64,000 nucleotides of DNA from Octopus vulgaris (lineage: Eukaryota), in contig OX597816.1 of the NCBI GenBank assembly GCA_951406725.2, positions 60,636,001 through 60,700,000 on the forward strand. The letters run 5' to 3'. Position 1 is the stretch's first letter. Every line of letters begins with the position of its first letter. This document shows positions 53,447 through 64,000 of the stretch, piece by piece. Below the pieces are notes generated by a model. That model was not told the DNA's origin and made no database searches. It saw nothing but the letters and a program-made list of their open reading frames with translations. A program made the translations under genes and the position numbers.

Positions 53447-53488
<42 letters not shown>

Positions 53489-53613
53489 TCAGTGTCTGTG
53501 TGTATGTATGTGTGTAAGGGGTTTAATTAAGGTAAGAGAGTGATTCAAAAGATATATGTAAAAGATGATTCATTTTAATAGTATACTTTTCTGTTAGTAA
53601 ATATATTTTTTCT

Positions 53614-55428
53614 CAGTTCTATATTTGAAAGATGAGGAATTATGTACATTATTTACATTTGACAGATATTTGTCCTCATCTTGTTCGTTAACACATACTC
53701 TCCAGCCTTCATCAGGTGTCTTGGAGAAATTTCAAACCTGGGTTCTCATTCTTAAAGTATTTTTCGATAATATTATTATTATTATTATTATATGTTTGAC
53801 TTTTGCTTTATATTTGTACAAGTTGGCTCCAAGTTTCACCCGGAGACCTCAAGAGACAACGGGTTGGAAGTTCACGTTGTTGTTATGCCTAGTGTGCCAT
53901 ATATTTGGTTGTTTTTTGTGTTGTACTGGTGGATGTCTAAGAAAAAAAAAAGTGTTTGTTTTAAACCTTGAGATTACATAGAAAGTATTTTGCGTAGGAT
54001 ATGAGCAGTTCCCATGAACACTATCTTTTGAATTTCTGCCATTTTGGGGTTTCCTGGTGTCTGAGTTAGGTAGCTATCAGCCCCTTTTGCTATCATTCCC
54101 AGGGCACCTATGACAACAGGTATTGTTTTAGTCTTCAGGTTCCACATTTTGCTGATTTCTATTTCAAGATCTTTATATTTGCTCAGTTTTTGGTAGGTCT
54201 TGACAGATATGTTTATATCGATTGGGACAGTCATATCAATGAGGAGGCATGTTCTTTGTTTAAAGTCTTTCAATATGATGTCTGGCCTATTTGCATCTAT
54301 CTTTCTGTCAGTTTGAATGGTGAAGTTCCAGAGGAGTGAGATGTGGTCATTTTCAAGCACTGGGGGGGAGGGGGGTTGTGTTCCCACCAGTTTTTTTCAT
54401 GGAGCAAATCCAGGTTTTTGCAGATTACCCAGTGAATATATTGTGCAGCACTATCGTGCCTGTTGAGATACTCTGTAGGCGCTAGAAGACTGCACTTGGA
54501 GACCACATGATCAATGGTTTCATTTTGTTGCAGGCATACACGACACGTTGACTGCTGCTGATCTTTAATATGTTGGCCTGGTAGTTTCTTGTTGGTAGGC
54601 ATTGATCTTGAGCTGCTATGATAAACCCCTCTGTTTCAGATTTTAAGCCAGAGGCCATTAGCCATTGATGGGTCAGGACTTTGTCAACATCTGCATTATT
54701 CGATCTCTTTGGGTATTTGCCATAGAGAGGTTTTTCTTGCCATTTATCATTCAGAATATCTAAGGCCGCAGATTTAGCACGGGTTTTCATGCGCTTAGCT
54801 TTTTCTGTGCCTGTTTCTTGTATGTCTATCTCTAATTCCGAAATTTGTTGTATTCGGAATTCACTTAGATATTCCTTTGCCAGTTTTGTTACTGAGTATG
54901 ATGCTTTCTTGTTTTCATGTTTTGAAACAAGTTTTAACATCCAGTCCTCAGAGTTTTTCAGGTAGGTGTCTAGGCCAATTGTAGCAATCTTCATTGTTAT
55001 TGCCAGTTGTAAAAGTCCACGGCCTCCCTCTTTTCTTGGCAGATAAAGTCATTCTGTATCTGCCTTAGGGTGGTGCATTCTATGCATTGTCAACAGTTTT
55101 CGTATTTTTCTGTCAAGATTACATATTTCAGTAATTGACCAGTTAACGATATTGAAACTGTAAGTCACGACTGGTATGGCTAATGCATTGATCGCTTTGA
55201 TCCTGTTTCTCGCATTCAGCTCTGTCTTGAGTATTGCTCTTACTCTGCGATAACATTCTCTCCTGATCCTTTCCTTCATCTCTGAATGCCTTATTCCGTC
55301 TCCTACAATTACCCCTAGATACTTGTAGTTGTCCACTGGGTTTAATTCTTTTATGACATTCTGCTGGTCAAGGTTAATGTTAGATGTTTCTGTCATTTTT
55401 TCCTTTGATAAAGGTAGCTTTTGCACAC

Positions 55429-55482
<54 letters not shown>

Positions 55483-55784
55483 CTGCTGCCTTGAATTGAA
55501 CTCTTGGAGTTAGTAGCCCATGCTCTTAACCACTATGCCATGGTGGTTAAGAGCGTGGGCTACTAACCCCAAGATTCCGAGTTCAATTCCTGACAGTAAC
55601 CTGAATAGTAATAATAATAATAACAATAAAACAACATCGAAAAATACCTTAGGAAGGAGAACCCAGATTCGAAATTTCTCCAAGACACCTGATGAAGGCT
55701 GGAGAGTATATCAACTGAAATGTTGTGTTAACAACAAACAAAATGAGGACAAATATCTGTCAAATATAAATAATGTAAATAATG
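53614..55784. mobile_element. Head-to-head pair of tRNA-headed, HHR-tailed SINE-like elements, interrupted by an R4/Dong LINE
   Basis: Palindromic tRNA-like heads at 55477-55605 (A-box TGGCATAGTGG, B-box GAGTTCAATTCC), (AAT)n linkers, HHR-like tail at 55684-55729 (+) and a mirrored, partly deleted tail at 53614-53770 (-). Confidence 0.75.
53792..55427 (-). mobile_element. R4/Dong-like RLE LINE inserted in (ATT)n
   Basis: YKYLG, ETEGFIIAAQDQ, CRVC..ETIDHVVSKC..RHD and RPDII..LIDMTVP motifs; (ATT)n on both sides. Confidence 0.85.
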
Positions 55785-57199
55785 TTTTTTCTCTCTCTCT
55801 CACACACACACATGGACTTGCTTGATGTGGAGTAGGGTTCGAAAGATTTAAATAATATTGTTTTTTTTTTTTGTACTTTTCTATTTTTCTCCATCTAGCA
55901 CACATATTTTGTCTCTTCTTCCCAACCCTACATTAAACACTTCTCCCAGTCCTGCAACTCCATGGACCAGGACTGCATCAATTTGGAATCCACTTCCTTA
56001 TACATACTTTTCTTGCAAGCACTGACCTATAAATGTTCAAACTGAACATCAACTGCATCCGTTTCACAAGTCTGAGACTGGTTACAAATGTTATGGGCAC
56101 CATATTACCTTTTCTGATGAACTTCTACAAATATGCACGGATTTTTGTCAGTGAACAGGTCGCGATCTTAAAGTGACGAAAATATTTTGACAAATTAAAC
56201 CTAAATGTTGAAGTGAATCGAACGGCTTTTGTGTGTTTCTTAAATGGCTTACAAACACCTTCCACGCTGCAAATGTTTTCATTTCAGCACACGATCTCAG
56301 ATCAAATCACTTGCTATGCAAGTACATCTCCATAATTCTACAAATATCTAAAAATATAAGATGAAGTATTATCTGCCTCTGAACTGAAAATCTGGTCTTT
56401 ATGAAGCAATTTTGGCAAACTTGGATATATGAAGTCACCATGAGAGATCTTCATTGATCTCTCATGGTTAGGTGTCATTCAAGTGCTGAAAGGGCAAAGT
56501 ACAAATTTGTTCACTTGGTATCCGTAAAAACCATGTCTTTGTGCTTTTAAGAATCATTCCTTTTGGTTGATGGAAGATGGTTAGAAGGATTCTGAAAAGT
56601 TAGCAGAAATCCTCTTTGCAAAGACATATCAGTTCTGTTGTAATACTGGAGGTGGGAAAGCTTGTAGTTTGTACAGTATTGTTTCATTTCCTTTTTGAAG
56701 ATTGCTCCCAAAATTTCTGCTTATAAAGTCAGAGCAGTTCTGGCACAAAGCATTTAGGTTGCATGGAGATAATGCTTATGTGAAAAAGTTAAGAAATGAT
56801 AGTATCATCTGCACAGCAGAGTATTTTGTTTAGAATTGATTGCAACTAAATCATAAATGCACAGAATTAAGAATGGTGAATCACTGGTCTACACCAGAGT
56901 TTGACTCAGGAAATCCCTCCTGGCACACAAGACAATAATGCAATTCGTCAGAAAGCCTCCAATTCTAGAGATATGTGACAAGTGTAGTGCATAGGTGAGC
57001 AACTGTGCTTGAAGATCTCATGCCATATAAGTCCAGAAGCTTTAATTACAGCTGTAATAGCACTGCTTTCACTAAAGTTCTCAAGGGTGAGAATAAAAAG
57101 GTATAAAGCCAAAAGCTCATAGTATAACTCTGGTTCTACTATATTCCAGCGGTCTCTGAAAAATGGGGAGAGAGAGAGAGAGAGAGGGAGAGAGAAAGA

Positions 57200-58100
57200 G
57201 AGAATTTCTTTATTCACCATAAGGTTGAGAAAAAGAGGGGACAATACAGGGACAGACAAAACAAACGTTGGGGGTCAGGGTATCGAATGAGACGAAACGT
57301 ATGAATAAACAAACAATTAAAATATATACAATTAAATGAGAATGAGTGATTAACAAAAGATGAAGCGGAGGACGCGGTTGACCCCACAAACCACATACTC
57401 ACACTGAAGACTTTGCTTTCTCCTTTTTTACATTCTCGATTAAACAGGTTCTTTCACTAGCAACATACTTGCTATAGATTTCCATCTTTTACGAAACACA
57501 CTTTGCGACAGGCATTTCTTCTCCAGCCTTATTTTCTGTTTCATGTGGAAAACGAAAAAGTCGATTAGATCGAGACTGGAGATGAACATGCCTGTTGCAA
57601 TTCCTTTCACTCTCGTCTTCCATACTACTTCTTTCACCACAGCAAATACCGAGAGAAAACAGGGAGGTCGGTGGAACTATCTTAATTACAGATTCGCTCG
57701 ACAGTTGTACTCTTCTTGAATGCGACAGCAGGTGTTCGACATAAGCCCAGAGTTCAGCCACCTTGGGGCATTGCGCAATCGCATGCAGGACAGTTTCATT
57801 GTCCCTCTCACATCTTGCACAAACCGGCGAAGGTGCACACCCATGTCTAAAGGGCTTATCTCAAACCGGTAAAGCTCCTCTGTAATATTGCCAGGCTAGG
57901 GACTTTTGGTAATTATCCATAGGCCCCGGACCGAATGTTCTTTGGAACAGGCTGGCCAGATGATTTTCGTCGAAGCCCAGAGTTTCTCCCAGGACGTCGT
58001 CACACTTAAATTCTACTAACCCTCTATAGAAGAATGAGGTAGTACCCCCGCCACCGGCGTTGCCCAACTGGGAGAGAAGCACGAGTGCCTGATGGCACTC
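57200..58100 (-). mobile_element. Tx1/L1-clade LINE fragment (relative of 9735-11120)
   Basis: FYRGLVE..TFGPGPMDNYQKSLAWQ.YRGALPV..LWAYVEHLLS; (GA)n-rich flanks. Confidence 0.75.
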
Positions 58101-59374
58101 TGAGAGAGAAGCAAATGAAAGGATTGATTATAACAATTGTTTCCATGACTTTTAAGATGTCAGTTTATGTGCAGTTGGCAGAGGCTGCTGAGCAGGGAGA
58201 AGAGGCAGGAGTATAGAGACACATTGTAGCCCCTTTACAAAAATTAGGATAGGTCCCTGTCAGATAAATTGAAGAGTTTACCAAGGATAAAACAATGTTC
58301 TTGGGCACTTTTGAAGGTAATGAAAAAGACATCATTTACAGGGTTAAAGTAATCAGAGAGTGTTTCATATGTAGAAATTGCAAATGTGACAAGACTGATA
58401 CAATGGAGTAGTTTTATAGAGCTGATACAGTGCTGAGTTGGTGAAGTACAAGGTTAACATGGAGGCTTTTGCAGCAGGTGTGCTATTAAGAGAGCCCTCT
58501 TGGTTGAGGAATGGTGGCTAAAAGGCTTCTGAAAAGTTAGTAGAAACTCTCTTTGCAAAGACTTGTAGGCTCCACTGCAGTGGAAACTTGTTTATACTAT
58601 GCACAAAGAAACATTTTGATTTTCCAAAAGTAGTTTTGCAGATATTGCACTGGTGGGTAAAAGCCACCAAGTAAGTTGTTTGTAGGTGTCATCCATTTCA
58701 GGCCCTTTCAGACAGATGAGGCTGATGTGGCTAATACTCAGCTTGCAGGTTATGATCCATAGATTCCTGGGAATGGTTCATAGGTTCAGTGTGGCTTGGT
58801 ACTCTTGCCCTTATCTTGCCATACAGTGTTGTAGATTATTTGTATGAGTATCTCCAGAAGAAAGCTATAAAGCTATAAACCTTACATTTTTAAGTTACAT
58901 TTTTATTAGTACAATTGCATCAACGAAAACTGAGTCTTTATGTTATATTTTTGGTCATACATCTGTTTAATTCCCATTCAACCTTCCTTAAACAACAGTT
59001 AGTTTTTATGGGATAAAATTAGAGCAATTATTTTTGTTCTGTACATCAGAAAATAAACTAGGTGAAACTTAATCTGTCTGCTGGTTTAATACTTCACTTG
59101 TCCCTTACAGACTTTCAGTAAAGTCAACTCTGTTGCAATAATTCAGATCAGATCTCAATTTCTTCCACACTTTCTCTTCAACCAGTCTTGGAGGCCCCGA
59201 AAAAGATTAAGGATACTACCCTTCTTCCTCTAAGTCACCAGAAAAAAAGGCATTTTTTTTTTTATGAGGTGACAATTATTTTAACCAATATTGTATATTT
59301 ATAAGCATTTAACATGGATTTTTCAATTCTCTAATGATTTTAAAAAACAGTAAAAGGGGGAAAAAGGTACTCAC

Positions 59375-59861
59375 CAGAACTCATTAGATACTCTCTGAAG
59401 AATGGAAAGCGAAATTGTCCTGTTAATATACACAAATATTGATGCATTTTTGGGAACATTTGGTTGAAGTCTGTTGCATTTGTTGCAAAGTTTGCAAAGG
59501 CACCAGCACTCATAATTCCATGAGGATGGTAACCAACTATATAGTTCTTTGATGGATCTAGCTCTGCTGTCTTGATGAGCTTTATAGGAAAGTAATCAGC
59601 AAAGTATTTCCAAACAGGATTGTTAAATTGCCACAGAAGACGACGGCCTCCTTGCTCACATGTGTTGAAGTCATAGATGTACCACATTAAATAAGCCAGA
59701 GGTATGAAATAGTATTCAGTAAATAAGAGGTAGATGAAGACAGCAAGACTTCCAAAGCCCATACATAAGAAACATAGTGCCCACTGAAAGACACAAGCTG
59801 TCTGTATACGCCTTTCAAGAGGTATGAAAACTGGAGCAAATTCAAATCCTAATATCTTCAT
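59375..59861 (-). CDS. MOGAT2: MOGAT/DGAT2-family acylglycerol O-acyltransferase, first coding exon
   Basis: ATG in gccaacaATG context, with a splice acceptor just upstream (59869-59870). Encodes MKILGFEFAPVFIPLERRIQT...YFP...YHPHG; gtgagt donor. The MOGAT versus DGAT2 assignment is tentative and rests on the short MOGAT-like N-terminus. Confidence 0.9.
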
Positions 59862-60611
59862 TGTTGGCCTAAAAACAATAAAATATCAAATATGTATCTC
59901 AACACAAAATTTATATTCACATGTATTCCAGGTGGCTAGAAAAAAATTCAAGACATCAGGAGGGAAAATTGTGTATAGTATAATGATAATAGTGTATTCG
60001 TTCTCTTGGAGAATAGAAAAACAAAAGAGACAGGGAAAAGTTACTACAAAGATTTGTTGAATGAGGAGAATGCATGGGAGAACAAGGGCCTACTTCAAGT
60101 AGAACCAACAAAGGGACCAACCACTGAGGTTGGCAACCACTCCTCAGACTTAGATTGTCTCATTCCACTGCCTTTCATCCTTTCGGGGTCGATAAATTAA
60201 GTACCAGTTACGCACTGGAGTCGATGTTATCGACTTAATCCTTTTGTCTGTCCTTGTTTGTCCCCTCTATGTTTAGCCCTTTGTGGGTAATAAAGATATA
60301 AGATGTTCTCATTCCACTATCATTGACGTACTTATTTACCCTCCTCTAATCCATGTAGTGTAAAACACCTTTCCAGGTCAATTCACTGAACATTATGACC
60401 AGTCATTCCTTTCCCAGAACCTCAGTCCTTGGGAATTGCCTTCCCTGCACGTGAAATCCTTTCCTCACAACAACAGCATCAATCTTGATTTAAGAAGGCC
60501 TGCAAATGCCATGAGTACTACTCTTACCTCCAAACCTAACCACTAAAATCCATTTCAAAAAGTCAGCATACACATTCATCAAATGAAAGACCATACTATA
60601 CACTTTGGTGT

Positions 60612-60880
60612 AGGGTCATTTATTGAACGGTGCACAGTAGCAGTTTGGACAGGGTCATTTATTGAACGGTGCACAGTCGCAGTTTGGCCAGGGTCATTTA
60701 TTGAACGGTGCACAGTTGCAGTTTGGACAGGGTCATTTATTGAACGGTGCACAGTCGCAGTTTGGACAGGGTCATTTATTGAACGGTGCACAGTTGCAGT
60801 TTGGACAGGGTCATTTATTGAACAGTGCACAGTTGCAGTTTGGACAGGGTCATTTATTGAACGGTGCTCAGTTACAGTTT
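60612..60880. repeat. 39-bp minisatellite, ~7 copies
   Basis: Unit agggtcatttattgaacggtgcacagttgcagtttggac. Confidence 0.95.
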
Positions 60881-63800
60881 GAATATCACATTCCCTCCAT
60901 TTCTCAATGTTACTATATGCCTAAAGGTTTTGGTGGAGGTCGAAATAGAGGCAGACAAACTTGATGAACTGGAATTGAGAGCGACAGCTGACTTTGTTGT
61001 GGGTCAAAAACCGTAACAACATCAAATAAAACCTTGTGCACAAGCCAAAAGAGCATTTACTCTCGACTTTCGAGAAACGCTGCCAAATCTTCCTCAAATT
61101 ACATCATGCCGTTAAGAGAAAGACTATGTAGTCGGAGTGATCATGGGTAGAATACTTTTGGTCATTGGACTGTTTGATTCAGGGTTGACCTTGGGTTAAA
61201 CGATAACAATAACAGAAGCAATGGGGGGAGCAGCTACACGATTTGCTCGTATATTTAAAATGTATATGACCTTTACAGGATGTAATTATTGCAGTTTCAA
61301 CAAACGAACTGAAATTCAGTTGCTTTTTCTACTAATTTCCTTTTACGTGAAGTATCCGATTCAACAACTTAAATCAACTAAATGAATAAAGCACTGAAAA
61401 TAAATTAAATTCTAATTGAAAACGACGTGTGTTGACTCACTAAACTGAACAGAATGACAGTCGGATTAAAAACAAAAACGTTATTTGCAAGAGAGAAAGC
61501 TGATCATCAGGCGATATGAGAGTATAGCGTACCGTTCTCACTTTCGCAAACTTTAAGTTTCCTTTCCGTTCCACAATTTTTAGCTTTCTTTTCAGTTTTG
61601 TGAATTAATATCAACAACAATAATATTCTAGTAATACGAATTTTCTACAATATTGAATAACAATATGGATCTTAAACAAAAGACGAAAATCCTGTCCACG
61701 TTGTTAAACATAAACAAAATTTCCTTCATTTTCGACTAATGCTTGATCATCAGGTTTATAAATCGAAATATTTTCATGCTAGGGAATTGCGAATCTATAA
61801 AATAATTACAGAACACAGTTGGTGATCCTATACAAACAGAAAGTTAAAGATCAGAGAAAACACCAGCGAAAGCAAGAGTAAATGAAATGTTGATGGAAAG
61901 TTCCTAGAAAAAGTAAGCACTGCTTTTGCGAAAGGGGTACGTTATAGTCCAAGATCGCCGATTATTACCAAAAGATTATTAACAAGCGATTCAAGTTAAC
62001 AAATATAATAGATACTAATACCTAATAAATACATGAAGTGGGTTAGCAAAAGATTTCGTCTAATCAGAAACAATTAATTTTTATAAGACATGGTAGATAT
62101 TAGAAGACTACCGAATTAGAGACACCTTTTTTGGCGATCCTTCGCATTCCAACCGTCAACTCAAAGGAAAATACAAACAGGAACCTGAATAACGGAATTT
62201 AATAGGAATACGATCAACTAGAAATAGTAGTCAAATCACAGCATACCGTCATAAAATAAGGAAGGACACTAACTAACGTCGTGCTGGCTTCTCTACATAG
62301 ATGAAAAAGACAGGATAGTCACTAGTGGAATGTGTTTTTGATCATAAGCATGCTCGATCAGGGCTGAGGACAAATCACAAGAATGTTATTAAATTTCCTA
62401 AAGAGACACAGTTCTTTGAATATGTATTTTTAATAAGGTTTCTTGCGTATAATATGCAATTGTATAAAATATATATTTAACAAAGGTGTTTGATCCAATA
62501 TAGTAGTAATTCCATCAGATTTTTTTATAAGCGACAAAACAAGAAACCCTGCATATGACTCTCGAAAACAATCTGCTACAGTCACAACTTTTGATTAATA
62601 TGTATTTTATACAATTACATTTTGATACTTTTAAAAAAATATATCAAATTTACATCTTCGAAACGTAACTGTTTGTTTCTTTGGAAAATATAATGTTGAC
62701 TGTGTTTGAATTTTATTTTATTATCCTGTTGTATTTTCTCCGGTTTAGTTACGGATGGAAGAGTGGCTCCTTTTTAAGGACCTCCGTGATTGATGAGAGG
62801 AAGGGAGGAAGTTATCTTCAAGCAAAGGCTTGGCTTCAATGCTTTAACGAAATCCAAGAACTAAGTGGTGGTGGTGGTGGTGGTGATAGTAAATCGCATT
62901 AAGCCAACCACCTACCTGTAATATGAAGGATTGCCCATTATCCGAGGTGTCCTTCTTTTCTAACACGATAGGATGTAATTTTTTGAAAAATTGGTTGTTA
63001 TTTCTAACAGGTCGAGAGACAACGTACAGGCTTCTTCTGAAATGTCATTTTTAATTTTAAAAATAAAAACGAGAGAAAATAAAGTTAACGGAAAAGGTTA
63101 ACAGTCTTTACTTACCTAAGTATAGTTTTCCTACCCCCCGCGGACACAAAAGCTGAAATAACGGATAAATGACGACAAGAGAAGGGGGGAAATGAACGAC
63201 AAATAAATCAAATCGGATTATTTAACTTACTATTTGACATATATTATACACACATCGGGCTTCGTTTACAATTTAGACACAAGATAGTACAAAGTATAAA
63301 CTATCACTAGCTAAATGGCATATATTTCTGTTCTAAATAGCTTTATCACAAAAGTGTTTACATTTCACCCCACTTAAGTCAACACATCTATTACTTAGTA
63401 AAACTGGTAACGGTGAACTATTAACCACTGTATAGGCGCCGGTTCAGTCCCACTGCATGTCACCTTGGGCAAGTGTCTTCCACTATAACATCGGGCCAAC
63501 CAAAGCCTTGTGAGTGGATTTGATAGATGGAAGCTGTAACAAAAACATCTTTAAATGATTATTCCGGAGCATATTCACCATCTACTTCAATTACTGCTTC
63601 CCATTTGCTTGGCAGACAGTCAGACCATCATTTAAAGATGATTTTGTTAAATATTGCAATTGTTTTTGTTGAATAAAATTTGTTGAAAAAAAGCCACAAT
63701 AATTATGCACCAACCCAACAGTTATAGATAAGGAACATATGCACACACACACACACACAAGCATACAAACTCTCTTTTATGGTTATGGATTATATAAGAT

Positions 63801-63923
63801 TATTCTTTAGAATTACTATATAATTAAACATTTTTCAGTAAGAGCTGTGAGTTGGCATTTCATCAGGTGGAATGTGATCAAGTGGTGTTGGATTTCTTTG
63901 AGTTCCCTAAAATATACCCAGTC

Positions 63924-64000
63924 TACAAGAGACGTTCAATAAGTAATGCCCCTGACCCACTTCCCATAGCAGTAGAGCAACGAAATTTGGCACAGTTATT
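63924..64000 (+). mobile_element. Start of a mariner-like TIR
   Basis: tacaagagacgttcaataagtaatgc resembles mariner termini; truncated by the window edge. Confidence 0.4.

Noticed and set aside
55477-55605. Functional tRNA genes
   Set aside because: A and B boxes are present but there is no acceptor stem; these are SINE heads.
60612-60880. 39-bp repeats as a CRISPR array or coding repeat
   Set aside because: No unique spacers and eukaryotic intronic context; an ordinary minisatellite.

Overview
AT-rich, microsatellite-dense animal genomic DNA. The repeat landscape looks octopus/cephalopod-like, which is an inference. Two convergent spliced genes are present. On + are the last 7 coding exons of TGDS (dTDP-D-glucose 4,6-dehydratase, 2577-21887; the 5' exons lie upstream of the window). 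On - is a complete 4-exon, 338-aa MOGAT/DGAT2-family acyltransferase (59861-36425). The introns are packed with tRNA-derived SINEs, LINE fragments (Tx1/L1, R4/Dong, CR1, RTE, CRE, Penelope GIY-YIG), Tc1/mariner, pogo, a hAT MITE and a Helitron. The standout is a hammerhead-ribozyme (HHR) retroelement system. (1) A near-identical 484/485-bp tandem-plus-inverted array (41214-43470) carries an intact type I HHR in each of four full units, three of them sense to the MOGAT intron; it looks like a retrozyme or Penelope-mobilised circular-RNA element. (2) A tRNA-headed, HHR-tailed SINE-like family occurs as head-to-head palindromes (53614-55784 and a truncated copy at 26397-26638). (3) Several further intact or decayed HHRs lie next to Penelope remnants in TGDS introns. 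All structures were read by eye; ribozyme activity and expression are untested.
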